Assembly (NCBI GenBank): GCA_965261545.1
Contig: CBDHDF010000002.1
Span: forward strand, 224,001-288,000
Origin: Bdellovibrionales bacterium
GTDB taxonomy: Bacteria > Bdellovibrionota > Bdellovibrionia > Bdellovibrionales > UBA1609
DNA: 64,000 nt
Direction: 5' to 3'
In this document: piece after piece, positions 1 through 10,596 of the stretch
Layout: every line of letters starts with the position of its first letter
Position numbering within the stretch: position 1 is the first letter of the stretch
Position numbers and translations under genes: made by a program
The notes under the pieces: generated by a model
What the model was told of the DNA's origin: nothing
The model's database searches: none
Seen by the model: only the letters and a program-made list of their open reading frames with translations

Positions 1-306
1 GCCTTCGTAATTTGTTCCGGAAATAAGATAGATAATAGTAAAAAAGAAAATTTGAGGATTAAATTTTCGATTCCTTTTTTGTTTTTCTGGATCGACAAGG
101 TGCTCTGGCTTGAAGGAAGAATCAAGTTTTGGTAGAATAAAATGGTCATCTGTGACGCGAACTCGTCATTTGGGGGCTTTCGAGATCAATATTGGATTGC
201 ATGTGACTTACTCCTTGGTTGAGGGTTGGGTGTAAAATAAAACAAGTCTTATTCTTGTCGATTTATCTAATAATTTCAAGAGATTTTTCTTAAGGAAACG
301 GCATTG
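1..306 (-). mobile_element. Left end of IS4-family element (same element as 58696-60111), inserted into an IS66 copy
   Basis: Near-identical to 59806-60111. Ends in TIR CTTAAGGAAACGGCATTG, followed directly by internal IS66 sequence. Confidence 0.9.
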
Positions 307-1270
307 GGGCATAGATGGACCGATCCAATATGGTATTGGAATTAGGGCCTCAATTATTAATTTTATTGTCATTCAAATGATGTCTCTCCAGCGTGTTGGT
401 GAACACTACAAGGGTCTCGTTGGCCGCTTTATCTCACCCTCAACCATGTTGAAGTATATTTCTCAACTGAGCGAATCTCTTCAAGAGTGGGAACAATGGG
501 CAAAACAACAAATCCTTGAGTCTGTGGTCATTCATGTTGACGAAACCTCCATGAGAGTCAATAAGAAGAACTACTGGATTCATACTTATAGCTGTGGTGA
601 TCTTACATTGCAGTTCATCCATCCTTCCCGTGGAAAAGATGCCATCAAAGATATTGGCATATTGGACAGGTATGGAGGTATCTTGGTACATGACTGTTGG
701 AGTCCCTATTTTTCTTATACAGATATGCTTCATGCTCTGTGTGTTGCCCATCTTCTTAGGGAATTGAAATTTGTGGAGGATAGCTCTGGTTCGAAATGGG
801 CCACCAATCTGAAAAAACTTCTTCAGGAAGCTGTTGAATTGGTCCAAAAAAGAAAATCTAAGATATTGACTCGAAAGGAGTATCAAACTCTTCAGAGGAG
901 GTATAGGAATATTCTCACAAGGGCTTTAAAGGAGCTTCCTCCCTTTCCAGAGAAGAATGGTAAAAAAGGACGAGTGAAACATACAGATGCTCAAAATCTT
1001 TGGCTCCGCTTTAAAAAATATGAAGCAGAAATCCTTCTCTTTGCCAAAGTGAAAGAGGTGGACCCAACCAACAACAGAGCCGAGCGAGACTTGAGAATGA
1101 ATAAGGTGAAAAAGAAAGTATCAGGTTGCTTCAGGACAGCAAAAATGGCAAAGCACTTTTGTCGGATTACCAGTTATGTCAAGACTATGAGAAACAAGGG
1201 GTTCTCTTCCTTAGAGGCCATCAATATGGCTCTCAAGGGAGAAATTCCTATGTAAGGTGCGAGCAGTTAC
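307..1270 (+). mobile_element. 5'-truncated IS66-family element; transposase remnant 377-1255
   Basis: HVDET, HDCW, CVAHLLREL and TNNRAERDLR motifs. Right TIR GGTGCGAGCAGTTAC. Near-identical to 36367-37330. Confidence 0.9.
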
Positions 1271-1401
1271 TATTTTTGTAACAATTATTTTATAACAAAG
1301 GATAACCCCTTGGAGAGATAACCCTTGGAGAGATAATCTATTGGAAGGAGAAGTTCTATGGCCATCTTGGACAAGCAAGTTAAGTCTATTACTGAAAACC
1401 T

Positions 1402-1629
1402 ATGGAGTTTGTTGTTCCAAAGGGCATGGAACCTAAAGAAAGGGCTGAGGTTGCCAAAAAGGCTGGCCTGAGTCCTGAAACGCTACGCACCATGTCTGGA
1501 AGAAAATCCGTTAATGCTGATACTTTGGTGCGCCTTCTTATAGCCCGTGGAGTCAATCCAAACCTTCTTTCAAACCTCCCTTATTTGGAACCCCCCAAAG
1601 TAGGTGGCTTCTTCTTTCTTTTGTCATGA
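1402..1629 (+). CDS. Small XRE-like helix-turn-helix protein, possibly frameshifted at the 5' end
   Basis: EVAKKAGLSPETLRTM...NADTLVRL resembles an XRE HTH. An SD-preceded ATG near 1358 is out of frame. Confidence 0.45.
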   Translation: MEFVVPKGMEPKERAEVAKKAGLSPETLRTMSGRKSVNADTLVRLLIARGVNPNLLSNLPYLEPPKVGGFFFLLS

Positions 1630-1661
1630 AATAGTAACCAAGGTTGGACTTCAACCATTAA

Positions 1662-2381
1662 TCAAGGTTGGGCTTCAACCATTCCTCTATCTATAGGGTT
1701 GCCAAAGCCATCTGGGAAATGAGTTTTCTCTGCTCCTTTTTTAACAAATCTGGCTCCCGTAAGAATAGCTCCTTCGAGATGAGCCCCTGCGAGATTGGCC
1801 TCTCGGAGATCAGCTTCTTTGAGGTTAGCCTTTTTGAGGTGAGCCCCTCTGAGATTGGCTCCCATGAGGTTAGCCTTATAAAGGTCAGCGTCTGTAAGAT
1901 CGGCTATATAGAGATGAGCCCATATAAGCTGAGCCCCTTTGAGATCAGCTCCTCTTAATTTAGCTCCTGTGAGATGAGCTTTATAGAAATCAGCCTCTTT
2001 GAGATCGGCCCGTGTGAGGTGAGCTTTTGTGAGATCAGCCCCCGTGAGGTTAGCCCATGTGAGATTGGCTTCTGTGAGGTCAGCACCTCTGACATCAGCC
2101 CTATAGAGGTTGGCCACTCGGAGATCAGCTCTTATGAGATTCGCTACTCTGAGGTCAGCCTTATAGAGATTGGCCCCTATGAGATTCGCTCCCTTGAGGT
2201 AACAACCTCTTTGAGTTCTACTAAGGAGGTCATCCATTTTTTCTTTGGAAAAAACATACTCCTTAAAGGTTGACTTATTACACTCGTATAAAATTTCGTT
2301 TTGATTGGCGGACCAAACCCCATGGGTTGTTCCGAGAAGAAATCCTACACTCATTGTTATAATTTTTATTTGATTCTTCAT
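1662..2381 (-). CDS. Secreted pentapeptide-repeat protein
   Basis: Signal-peptide-like N-terminus and a long A(D/N/H)Lxx array. SD GGAGGG upstream. Confidence 0.9.
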   Translation of the reverse strand: MKNQIKIITMSVGFLLGTTHGVWSANQNEILYECNKSTFKEYVFSKEKMDDLLSRTQRGCYLKGANLIGANLYKADLRVANLIRADLRVANLYRADVRGADLTEANLTWANLTGADLTKAHLTRADLKEADFYKAHLTGAKLRGADLKGAQLIWAHLYIADLTDADLYKANLMGANLRGAHLKKANLKEADLREANLAGAHLEGAILTGARFVKKGAEKTHFPDGFGNPIDRGMVEAQP

Positions 2382-4034
2382 AATTCCCTCCCTCTTTGTT
2401 GTTTGTTGTCCCTCTTTTGTCGAGAAGACTCTTGATGGATTTTCGCTCCAAAGCTTCTGCCCCCATGGATAAGGCAGTCATGAATTTCTTGAAATCTAAT
2501 AATCAAGGTTGAACTCCAATCATTCCCCTCTCTAAAGGATTGCCAAAACTATATGGGAAATAAGTATCGAATTATTTTTTCTTCTTATATAATTAATATG
2601 TGCATAGATGAAATTTCATGTCAACATGCGAGATATAGATATCATTGTAAGATACAAGAGAAAATTTTTCTAAACTTTTGATATAATTCATTCTGAAGTT
2701 ACGACTCTTTCATGGTTTTCCGTCGAGGTTATTAGGGCGTGTCCTCATTTTAGCCGGGACTGTAAAAATAATTGTGTAACTGCAATTTTTTTCTTAAATC
2801 TTAAAGCCACTTATGTGGCTCCACTCCTAGTAAAAAGCACAGCCCCATATTATTCGTCAATGTATAATTGACATTTTTTCCTTCAAGCGATTTTGTCAGT
2901 CACAATGCATTATAATTTAATGGGGAGATGGAGCCGTAATGGGATCATATCAGAACTGGAAAGAACTCAAATAAATAATTATCATCTTGATTGGAAAAAA
3001 ATCAGCAATAGCTCTCTCAAAAAAATGGAAATTCCAATCTCATCAAAGGGTTCATGTGTTTAGGTTCCCATACTATATTACCCCCTTTTTTTTATTTTTT
3101 TTAACTTGGGATATTCGAGAAATACCAGCATTGGGATGAAACATGAAAAAAAATGGAAACCCAAATCTGCACCAAGAGGGCATGTATTTAGGTTCCCATA
3201 CTATATTACCCTAACCATAGTCTCGGTATTCCAGTACTTCTGTCAACGCCTTAGAGGGGCTTTTAAGCCCCCTTATAAGGCAGGTGGTGGACCTTATTAA
3301 AAAACTTAGTTGTCAAAACGGTCACCGTATTCAATGGCAAACCTGTTCATGGCTGGCTTCCAGTTGTGTAATGGTCGTGTCCATCGCTTAGAGGCCATTT
3401 TTATCGCTAAATATACAACTTTTAAAGCCGACCGATCACTGGGAAATATCTTACGATTTCTGATCGCCTTGCGGATCACGCTATTTAACGACTCTATGGC
3501 GTTTGTGGTATAAAAAATCTTTCTGATTTCATCCGGATAATCGAAAATAGTGATGAGATTGTCCCAATTCCTACGCCAAGACTTTTCAATATTCGGATAC
3601 TTTGAAGACCACTTGGTACAAAATTCCTCAAGGGCCTTTTCAGCTTCTGTCAGAGTCGTAGAGCCATAAATGGACTTGAGGTCTTGGGCGACAGCTTTCA
3701 TATCCTTGGAAGGGACATAGCGAAGGGAATTGCGGACCATATGGACAATGCACAGTTGCACTTTAGACTTGGGAAAAGCCGCTGAAATGGCTTGAGGAAA
3801 ACCTGTAAGACCATCTACAGAAAATATAAATACGTCTTTCAACCCTCGATTTTGCAGCTCAGTCAAAACACTCAACCAAAACTTTGAACCCTCATTTTCA
3901 GAAATCCATAGGCCCAACAAGTCTTTCTGACCCTCCTCTGTAATACCAAGAGCTAGGTAAATCGCCTTATTAATAACTCTCTTGTCTTGATGGACCTTCA
4001 CCACGATACAGTCCAAAAATACGATAGGGTAAGT

Positions 4035-5947
4035 CCCGAGTTTGACAGCAGCATCTGCGTTAAAATGCGAAATTTCCAGAAATTGGGGTTGTACTGAAAT
4101 ATAATGGTAGCTGCTGGAAAAATTAAAATTGACGTAAAAAAAGTGTAGAAAACAAAATAGGATTTTATCGTTTTAAATATTGATATATCATAGAAATATG
4201 TAGAAAATATCCTCATGTACATCCAAACGACTAAAAACTCAAAAGGTCAGTGCTACTACCACCTTGTGGAGTCCTACAGAGAAAAAGGCAAATCCAAAAA
4301 ACGCATGCTCATGTCCTTAGGTAAGGCTGGAGAAGGAGGAGAGGATAAGATTAATAGTTTGGCGCAGGCCGTATCCCGCCACCGAGAGCTTCTCACTGTG
4401 AGTCAATTGGCTAAGGAGCTTTACATCGAAGAGACTTTCATTTTGGGTCCCTTGCTGATTTTACAAAAGTTGTTTGATCAACTGGGTATCAATAAGACCC
4501 TCAAAGACATAAAAGATTCTCATGAGAAAGTTCAATTTGATTTATGTAAGGTGATTTTTACCTTAGTTGCCAGCCGATTTATTGCTCCTAGTTCCAAGTT
4601 AAAGGTTTTTGAGTATTGGCAAAAATCTTTTTACCCAGACATGATTAAGGGTGATTTGAGTCTCCAGCATATTTATCGGTCTATGGACTTACTTGCCTCC
4701 CATAAGGATGAAATAGAGAACTCGCTTTATTGGGTGGGGCGAGATTTATTTAATTTCCAAGTAGACATTGTGTTGTATGATTTAACAACCTTACGCTTCG
4801 AGAGTACAAGAACAGACTTAGGGAAACTTCGTCAATTTGGCTATAGTAAAGAGAGACGATCAGACTGCACCCAAGTTGTCTTTGGTTTGTTGGTGAATCG
4901 GGATGGCATCCCTTTAGGTTTTGAGGTTTTCCCTGGTAATACTTTTGAAGGCAAGACGCTTTCAGATATTGTTGATAAAATGAGAAAAAAGTTTAATGTA
5001 CGCCGTTTCATTTTTGTGGCTGATAGGGGGCTTTTATCAAAGGCTAATACTGACAAACTCAGTGAGGATCAAAGCGAGTTTATTGTTGGTATGAAGCTTG
5101 GATCTTTAAAAAAAGAAAAGAAACAAGAGGTCTATGATTTAAATCGTTTTAGCTGGGTATATGAGAATGAGCTTGCTGTTTACGAAACAGACCATGGGGG
5201 GCATAGATGTATTGTGACTTGGTCTAGGAAAAGAGCAGAGAGAGATAAAAAATCTAGAGAATCCCTTCTTGAAAAGATCGAAGGAAAACTATCTTCTAAA
5301 GGTGTTCAGTCTAGTACTTTTGTTTCCAATAAAGGTTATAAGAAATATGTAAAGATGGCTGACGACAAAAATAAAAAACCTGAATTAAATGCAGAACAAA
5401 TAGAATTAGATGAAAAAATTGATGGTTTTTTTGCCGTCCTTACAAATGTCAAAGACTTGACGGCAGATGAGATTATTATCAACTACAAAGAATTGTGGAA
5501 AATTGAAGATGCTTTTGGTGAGTTAAAAGGGACTTTGAAAACACGTCCTGTTTTCCATTGGACAGACCAGAGGATTATTGGACATTTAACTCTATGCTTT
5601 TTAACTTATCTTTGTGAGGCCCACCTTACAAAATGTTTAAGAGATAAGAAGATGAACCTAAAAAGCCCAGCCATAGGCATTGGTCATGTTAAAGAGCGAC
5701 CTTTAACTGTTGTAGAGGCCATGAGGGAACTCAAGGAAGTTAGGGCTATCCCTGTTAAAATTCGTGATCAAGTCATTTGGACCCGCACAGATATCACTGG
5801 CAATGCCAACTCCTTATTTAAAGCCGCAGGCGTCCCCATCCCTCCCAGAATCCTTAATGCCCACAAGTGTGGATAAACAAAATACAACTGTATGCGTTAA
5901 TCCTTTAATATCATTCGTTTGACGCAGATGCTGCTGTCAAACTCGGG
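4035..5947 (+). mobile_element. IS1634-family element, 1913 bp, with 227-bp target duplication
   Basis: TIR CCCGAGTTTGACAGCAGCATCTGCGT at both ends. 3808-4034 is repeated at 5948-6174. Confidence 0.95.
4215..5876 (+). CDS. IS1634-family transposase
   Basis: YDLTT, FGYSKERRSD, VADRG and LWKIEDAF DDE motifs. Confidence 0.95.
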   Translation: MYIQTTKNSKGQCYYHLVESYREKGKSKKRMLMSLGKAGEGGEDKINSLAQAVSRHRELLTVSQLAKELYIEETFILGPLLILQKLFDQLGINKTLKDIKDSHEKVQFDLCKVIFTLVASRFIAPSSKLKVFEYWQKSFYPDMIKGDLSLQHIYRSMDLLASHKDEIENSLYWVGRDLFNFQVDIVLYDLTTLRFESTRTDLGKLRQFGYSKERRSDCTQVVFGLLVNRDGIPLGFEVFPGNTFEGKTLSDIVDKMRKKFNVRRFIFVADRGLLSKANTDKLSEDQSEFIVGMKLGSLKKEKKQEVYDLNRFSWVYENELAVYETDHGGHRCIVTWSRKRAERDKKSRESLLEKIEGKLSSKGVQSSTFVSNKGYKKYVKMADDKNKKPELNAEQIELDEKIDGFFAVLTNVKDLTADEIIINYKELWKIEDAFGELKGTLKTRPVFHWTDQRIIGHLTLCFLTYLCEAHLTKCLRDKKMNLKSPAIGIGHVKERPLTVVEAMRELKEVRAIPVKIRDQVIWTRTDITGNANSLFKAAGVPIPPRILNAHKCG

Positions 5948-6323
5948 AGACCATCTACAGAAAATATAAATACGTCTTTCAACCCTCGATTTTGCAGCTC
6001 AGTCAAAACACTCAACCAAAACTTTGAACCCTCATTTTCAGAAATCCATAGGCCCAACAAGTCTTTCTGACCCTCCTCTGTAATACCAAGAGCTAGGTAA
6101 ATCGCCTTATTAATAACTCTCTTGTCTTGATGGACCTTCACCACGATACAGTCCAAAAATACGATAGGGTAAGTGCTATCCAAGGGGCGGTTCTGCCAAG
6201 CCGTAACTTCATCAATAACAGCATCCGTCACGTTGGCTATCACTGAGTGGGATATCTCTGCACCATGGTAGAGGTCTTTGATAGCTCCTTGAATATCCCT
6301 GGTCGTCATTCCCCTCGCATAGA

Positions 6324-8871
6324 CAATGGCATTCGTTTAGTGAGAGATCCCATTCGGTTAAGGATTTGAACCTCTAACTCCTCGGGGGTGGGCTAACCCC
6401 AAGTTTTTTTCTTTGATCCATGTGATTATCCGTTGGCCATAGCCCCCCTAACCTCTTTACTGGGTCTCCATACTCCGATGGGTTTTCTAGAAACTCGGTC
6501 GTAATGCCTATTCGGACGTAGCCTTTGTCGGCAGGTCTTCATATTTGTAATGATGCAATTGAGGGTTTTACTAAGCACTACCTTTTGTTGAAGAAAAAGA
6601 CCTTCAATATTTCTTGCAATTGTCAGTAAATTGTTTTTAAAGTTTGTCTGCATGGTTTGTTTTTTACTATGGGATTGAGATGTATTAAGACGGTCTTCCG
6701 TGTAGTTGGAAAATAATCTTGTCAGAGTGATAAGTGTGAAGTGTGCAAACAATTCTTGTTTGACTCCCCTTTCACTTTGAGAATGAAACTCTTCAATGGT
6801 CATCAGTTCTTTGGATATTTTGTACAGTTCCTCTATACTCCAGCGTCCATGATAGAGATTGGCCAGATCATCAATGGAATATTTTTTTTGATCCATTAAG
6901 GTTGTTCCTAGAACAAAAGTAGTTTGTCCAATTTTATATTTGACCAAACGCAAAGCGTAGGCTTTGAAGTCGTCTTGTGGCTTTTTTTTATGTAGTTCTT
7001 TCAGAATTTGCTTGCTAGGAATGACTTGGATCACTGAGTCTTTTTGATCATTATTAATAAATTCATCAAAAACAGTGTTGGCATTTCTCCTTATCCTAAA
7101 CACCGCATGCAGACTTCGCACCTTATGCTCATGAAGCATTTCGTAGGAATAATAGCCACGATCATAAACCACAACATCGTTTTCAAACAATTTTTTGAAA
7201 TGAGTTTGTGCAGCCTTTCTCTCATTGTTATGGGCAAAGAGATCAAAATCCACAGGAATCTTCGACTGTAGTTGGTACAGGCAACTGACAAGACCTTGAG
7301 GGTACCATGCTTTTTCCCATGGTTGCTGATACCCATTATCTACGAGTTGACGTGGTAAATTTATTTTCGATCCATCCACTGCGAAAACCTTATGGCCCTT
7401 CCATAAGGTACTAGAATTGGATATACCGTCTTGTTTAAGAATTTCATCATGCAAAACTTTAAATATATTTTCATCTACTTTAGCCCGTGCACTACACATA
7501 GTGGATGCCCGAACTGGTTTAGGTTGAGGGAGTTCAATGTCTAATATGCGACACTGCTCCCAAAGTTCAATCAAAGTTGTATCATAACCTTGTTTTCCTT
7601 TAGAGAAAACAAGTCGGAAGATGAAAAGTATAATCAACAATGTATTCAAGACACGTTGACGCTTTTGCCAGGTTCGGTCGTACTCATCTGCAATGATAAC
7701 CACTGTCTTGATGATGTTTTGCCAAAGATGCACAAAAGAGTCCTCTAGCATAGGCTCAGCCAAGTTCTTATGTGGCTTGATGGTGGGTTTCCCGACGGGT
7801 TTAGCGCATTGGGGGCCATTCAATAAGATAGACTGATAATTTTTTGTCAGAGGTTGAACATAAACACCTTTTTGAGTTTTTCCCTTTACATTTTTGTAGG
7901 CACGACTCCCATTTGTTTTGCCCAAATAAAGCCAGTTGGCAGCACGATAGCTCGTGGCATTAAATTTGGTAAGGTCGACAAAAGTCTCCATGAGTACAGG
8001 TTTGAAAGCATGTTTTAACTCCCAGTCTGTGGGAAGTTGGCGAGTTGCCATAGATAAAGCCATCGAAGCAAGATGGCGAACCTTTACCCAGGGAAAGATC
8101 AAAAATCGACTATTGTTCACCACTAAATTCAAGTGCTTTTTGTAAGCTCGATTTTGCCAACCGATCCATTCATCACGGCAAGGCAAAGTGGATGTGCCAG
8201 CTTCAAATAAAAGACAACCCAATCTTCGCCCACAATTATCTAGGATGAAATAGCGCAAATGGGGACCAAAGGGACGTCTGTAATTGAGATAATGATGCCG
8301 ATCGACAACTTCATTCCATTCCTTAATGGCCTCTTGATCAGTTACGATTTGCAAAGAAAGTGGGGTCAATGAGTCTAGTTTATCGTTGATGAGAGGCTTT
8401 TCATCTGTTCGGTGTGTCCAAGTGATTTTTTTGGAGGGGACACTCCGCTTTGACATGTCTTTTTCTGGCAGGGATAGAATGTCAAGTTCCTCTAGCGTCT
8501 CAAGCATACGAAGGCACGATTGGATGCGATGATCACCTTTGGGAGTTAGCCAACCAAGATGTTCACAAACTGTATAACCCAGTTCACGGCGACTTAAAGA
8601 AGGAAATAGCGCCACCGTCTTTTGAATGTCGGCAATTTGCTTGCGCGTCAAGCGTCTTCCAAAAAAAGTTGTTGAAGGCAATGTCTCTATGCGTGGGTCC
8701 ATTTGAGTCTCTCCCCTTTGGGAATGGTTCAAATATAATGTGACACAACGATGGGGTGGACTCAAGTATTTTTTTTCGGAAAAAGAAAAAAGATAAAAGC
8801 CCCCTTAACTCAGTATGTTAGAGGGAGTCAGAAAAATGTGGAAAAACCTTCTGCAAAAACGAATGCCATTG
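6324..8871 (-). mobile_element. IS4-family element (2548 bp) encoding a DUF4338-transposase fusion
   Basis: TIR CAATGGCATTCGTTT. 10-bp direct repeat CTCGCATAGA at 6314-6323 and 8872-8881. Confidence 0.95.
6426..8765 (-). CDS. DUF4338 (DruA-like) domain fused to IS4 DDE transposase; likely start ATG at 8702
   Basis: N-half has HHYL, RDEWIGW, NNSRFLIFPWV, ETFVD and YRAANW. C-half has AVDGS, YDRGY and YHGRWSIEE. Confidence 0.85.
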   Translation of the reverse strand: MSPPHRCVTLYLNHSQRGETQMDPRIETLPSTTFFGRRLTRKQIADIQKTVALFPSLSRRELGYTVCEHLGWLTPKGDHRIQSCLRMLETLEELDILSLPEKDMSKRSVPSKKITWTHRTDEKPLINDKLDSLTPLSLQIVTDQEAIKEWNEVVDRHHYLNYRRPFGPHLRYFILDNCGRRLGCLLFEAGTSTLPCRDEWIGWQNRAYKKHLNLVVNNSRFLIFPWVKVRHLASMALSMATRQLPTDWELKHAFKPVLMETFVDLTKFNATSYRAANWLYLGKTNGSRAYKNVKGKTQKGVYVQPLTKNYQSILLNGPQCAKPVGKPTIKPHKNLAEPMLEDSFVHLWQNIIKTVVIIADEYDRTWQKRQRVLNTLLIILFIFRLVFSKGKQGYDTTLIELWEQCRILDIELPQPKPVRASTMCSARAKVDENIFKVLHDEILKQDGISNSSTLWKGHKVFAVDGSKINLPRQLVDNGYQQPWEKAWYPQGLVSCLYQLQSKIPVDFDLFAHNNERKAAQTHFKKLFENDVVVYDRGYYSYEMLHEHKVRSLHAVFRIRRNANTVFDEFINNDQKDSVIQVIPSKQILKELHKKKPQDDFKAYALRLVKYKIGQTTFVLGTTLMDQKKYSIDDLANLYHGRWSIEELYKISKELMTIEEFHSQSERGVKQELFAHFTLITLTRLFSNYTEDRLNTSQSHSKKQTMQTNFKNNLLTIARNIEGLFLQQKVVLSKTLNCIITNMKTCRQRLRPNRHYDRVSRKPIGVWRPSKEVRGAMANG

Positions 8872-9279
8872 CTCGCATAGAGGGTCAGAATACTGTCTTC
8901 AAAGCCCTCAAGACGAGTCTTGCCTTTGGGAATGACTTGGGGCTCAAAGGAGGCACTTCGGTCACGGGGGACCTGAAGCTCCACCTCGCCTTTCTCTCCC
9001 TTTATGGTCTTTCTACTGTAACCATTGCGAGTGTTGGATTTGCGGGTCTCAGACTTCTCATGCCTCTCATAACCTAGGTGATCGTCCATTTCCGCATTAA
9101 GAGCTGTCTCTAAAACAACCTTCATCAGTTGACCCGTTATGTCGGATAAATCCTTTTGGGTCTTGACGTTCTTCGCTAGTTCCTTGCCTATTGTCTTGAT
9201 ATCCATTCTGCCTTCTCCTTTCAGGATGATAGTTCATCCTAATATGATTCGGCAGTTACACAAAATAGTTTACAGGCTC

Positions 9280-9366
9280 AAAAAAACTTGGGGTTAGCCC
9301 ACCCCCGAGGAGTTAGAGGTTCAAATCCTTAACCGAATGGGATCTCTCACTAAACGAATGCCATTG
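9280..9366 (+). mobile_element. Solo 3' end of the DUF4338-IS4 element, abutting IS256
   Basis: Reverse complement of 6324-6410. Confidence 0.9.
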
Positions 9367-9617
9367 CCCCTCCGGGTCATCTTATCACCTTCCAATAATG
9401 TTATTGCTTTATCCTTTATTGTATCGGAATCATACATGACAAAAATACAATTAAAAGTCCAGAGTAACTAAAAGAGGCCAATTATATAGACCAGCGAAGC
9501 TGTCCACCGAGTTACTATGAATGTTTTTCGCCTAAAATACTGGATTTATTAGTAAATCCTATTTTAATACACAACATTCATGGGCGTGGGTGGGGAAGCA
9601 AAGTGCCCCCATGAAGG

Positions 9618-10586
9618 TTACTTTTTAACAAACAACAAACTTAAAAACTCTGAGTCAGAAGAAAGTATAAATTGTGTATCCTCTTTTAATGAAACTCTAT
9701 AGGCCTCTAGCGTACGTAAGAACTCATAAAAACTAGGGTTCTGTGAAAGTGACCTTGCATAGATGGCAGTGGCCTTAGCCTCTCCGCGGCCCTTTATTAA
9801 TTGGGCATTCTTATAGCCCTCAGATTCAATCTTTTGTAAGTCCTGACTTAAGCGGCCTTCAATTTTAGCTTTTTCAGCTTTGCCAAAAGATCTTATTTTT
9901 TCAGCAATTCTTTTACGTTCGGAAATCATTCTTTCATAGACTTTGGCTTCTACAGATTTTTCATATGAAATTCTTCGAAGTTGAACATCGATAATTCGAA
10001 TCCCGTACTTCTGAGTTTCTTTATCAGCGCTTTCTGCAATGATTTGGCTGAGCTTTTCGCGCCCAACACTAATCTTTTCAATTTCACCAGTGACTTCTTC
10101 TTCTACAATTTCGCCTCGGGCTTCTTTTTCTGCAGTTTCTTTTTTGGTTATTTCAATTCTATCTAAAATCGAATTAGAATTTCGAACAGCTTCGACTAAA
10201 AAGTGATTTGAAATCGTATCACGGGTGATACCATCGAGAACAGCATCTAATCGAGTGATCGCGCCACGCTCGTCTTGAACGGTTTGAATAAATTTTAAGG
10301 CATCAACAATTCTCCAGCGGGCTGTGGTGTCCACTCGAATAAATTTTTTATCTTTAGTTGGGATTTCATTGGGGTCACCATCCCAAGTCAAAATGCGTTT
10401 ATCTACATATCGAATATCCTGAATAAGAGGGAGTTTAAAGTGAAGCCCTGCGCTTGTAACGGGTTTTCCAACGGGGCGGCCAAACTGTGTTTTAATGGCT
10501 TGCTGGCCTTCTGTTACAATAAAGGCTGAGGAAAAAGTAGCGAGAAGAATTACTACAAAGATACTAACTGATATAATTTGCTTCAT
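9618..10586 (-). CDS. hflC: FtsH protease modulator HflC
   Basis: SPFH domain with GLHFKLP, TKDKKFIRVDTTARWRI and VYERMISER motifs. Lies downstream of hflK. Confidence 0.95.
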   Translation of the reverse strand: MKQIISVSIFVVILLATFSSAFIVTEGQQAIKTQFGRPVGKPVTSAGLHFKLPLIQDIRYVDKRILTWDGDPNEIPTKDKKFIRVDTTARWRIVDALKFIQTVQDERGAITRLDAVLDGITRDTISNHFLVEAVRNSNSILDRIEITKKETAEKEARGEIVEEEVTGEIEKISVGREKLSQIIAESADKETQKYGIRIIDVQLRRISYEKSVEAKVYERMISERKRIAEKIRSFGKAEKAKIEGRLSQDLQKIESEGYKNAQLIKGRGEAKATAIYARSLSQNPSFYEFLRTLEAYRVSLKEDTQFILSSDSEFLSLLFVKK

Positions 10587-10596
10587 ATTAAGATCC

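Larger units (their letters stand above)
2756..9279 (-). mobile_element. IS256-family element interrupted by IS1634 (4035-5947) and the DUF4338-IS4 element (6324-8871)
   Basis: Pieces 8805-9206, 5911-6309 and 3306-4016 match the intact copy 29363-30565. Ends GGGACTGTAAAAATAATTGTGTAACTGC / GCAGTTACACAAAATAGTTTACAGGCTC. Flanks do not match. Confidence 0.95.

Noticed and set aside
440..886. Antisense ORFs in transposase, pentapeptide and Rpn genes (e.g. 440-886, 1668-1958, 34487-34828)
   Set aside because: Reverse-strand shadows of recognised genes or repeats.
1300..1336. Iteron-like GATAACCC(C)TTGGAGA tandem repeats
   Set aside because: Only two to three degenerate copies and no rep gene; most simply a local duplication.
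9310..9335. tRNA gene (GAGGTTCAAATCCTT T-arm-like motif; also ~6355-6380 and ~22838-22863)
   Set aside because: No acceptor stem, anticodon arm or CCA. It is a hairpin inside the IS end.
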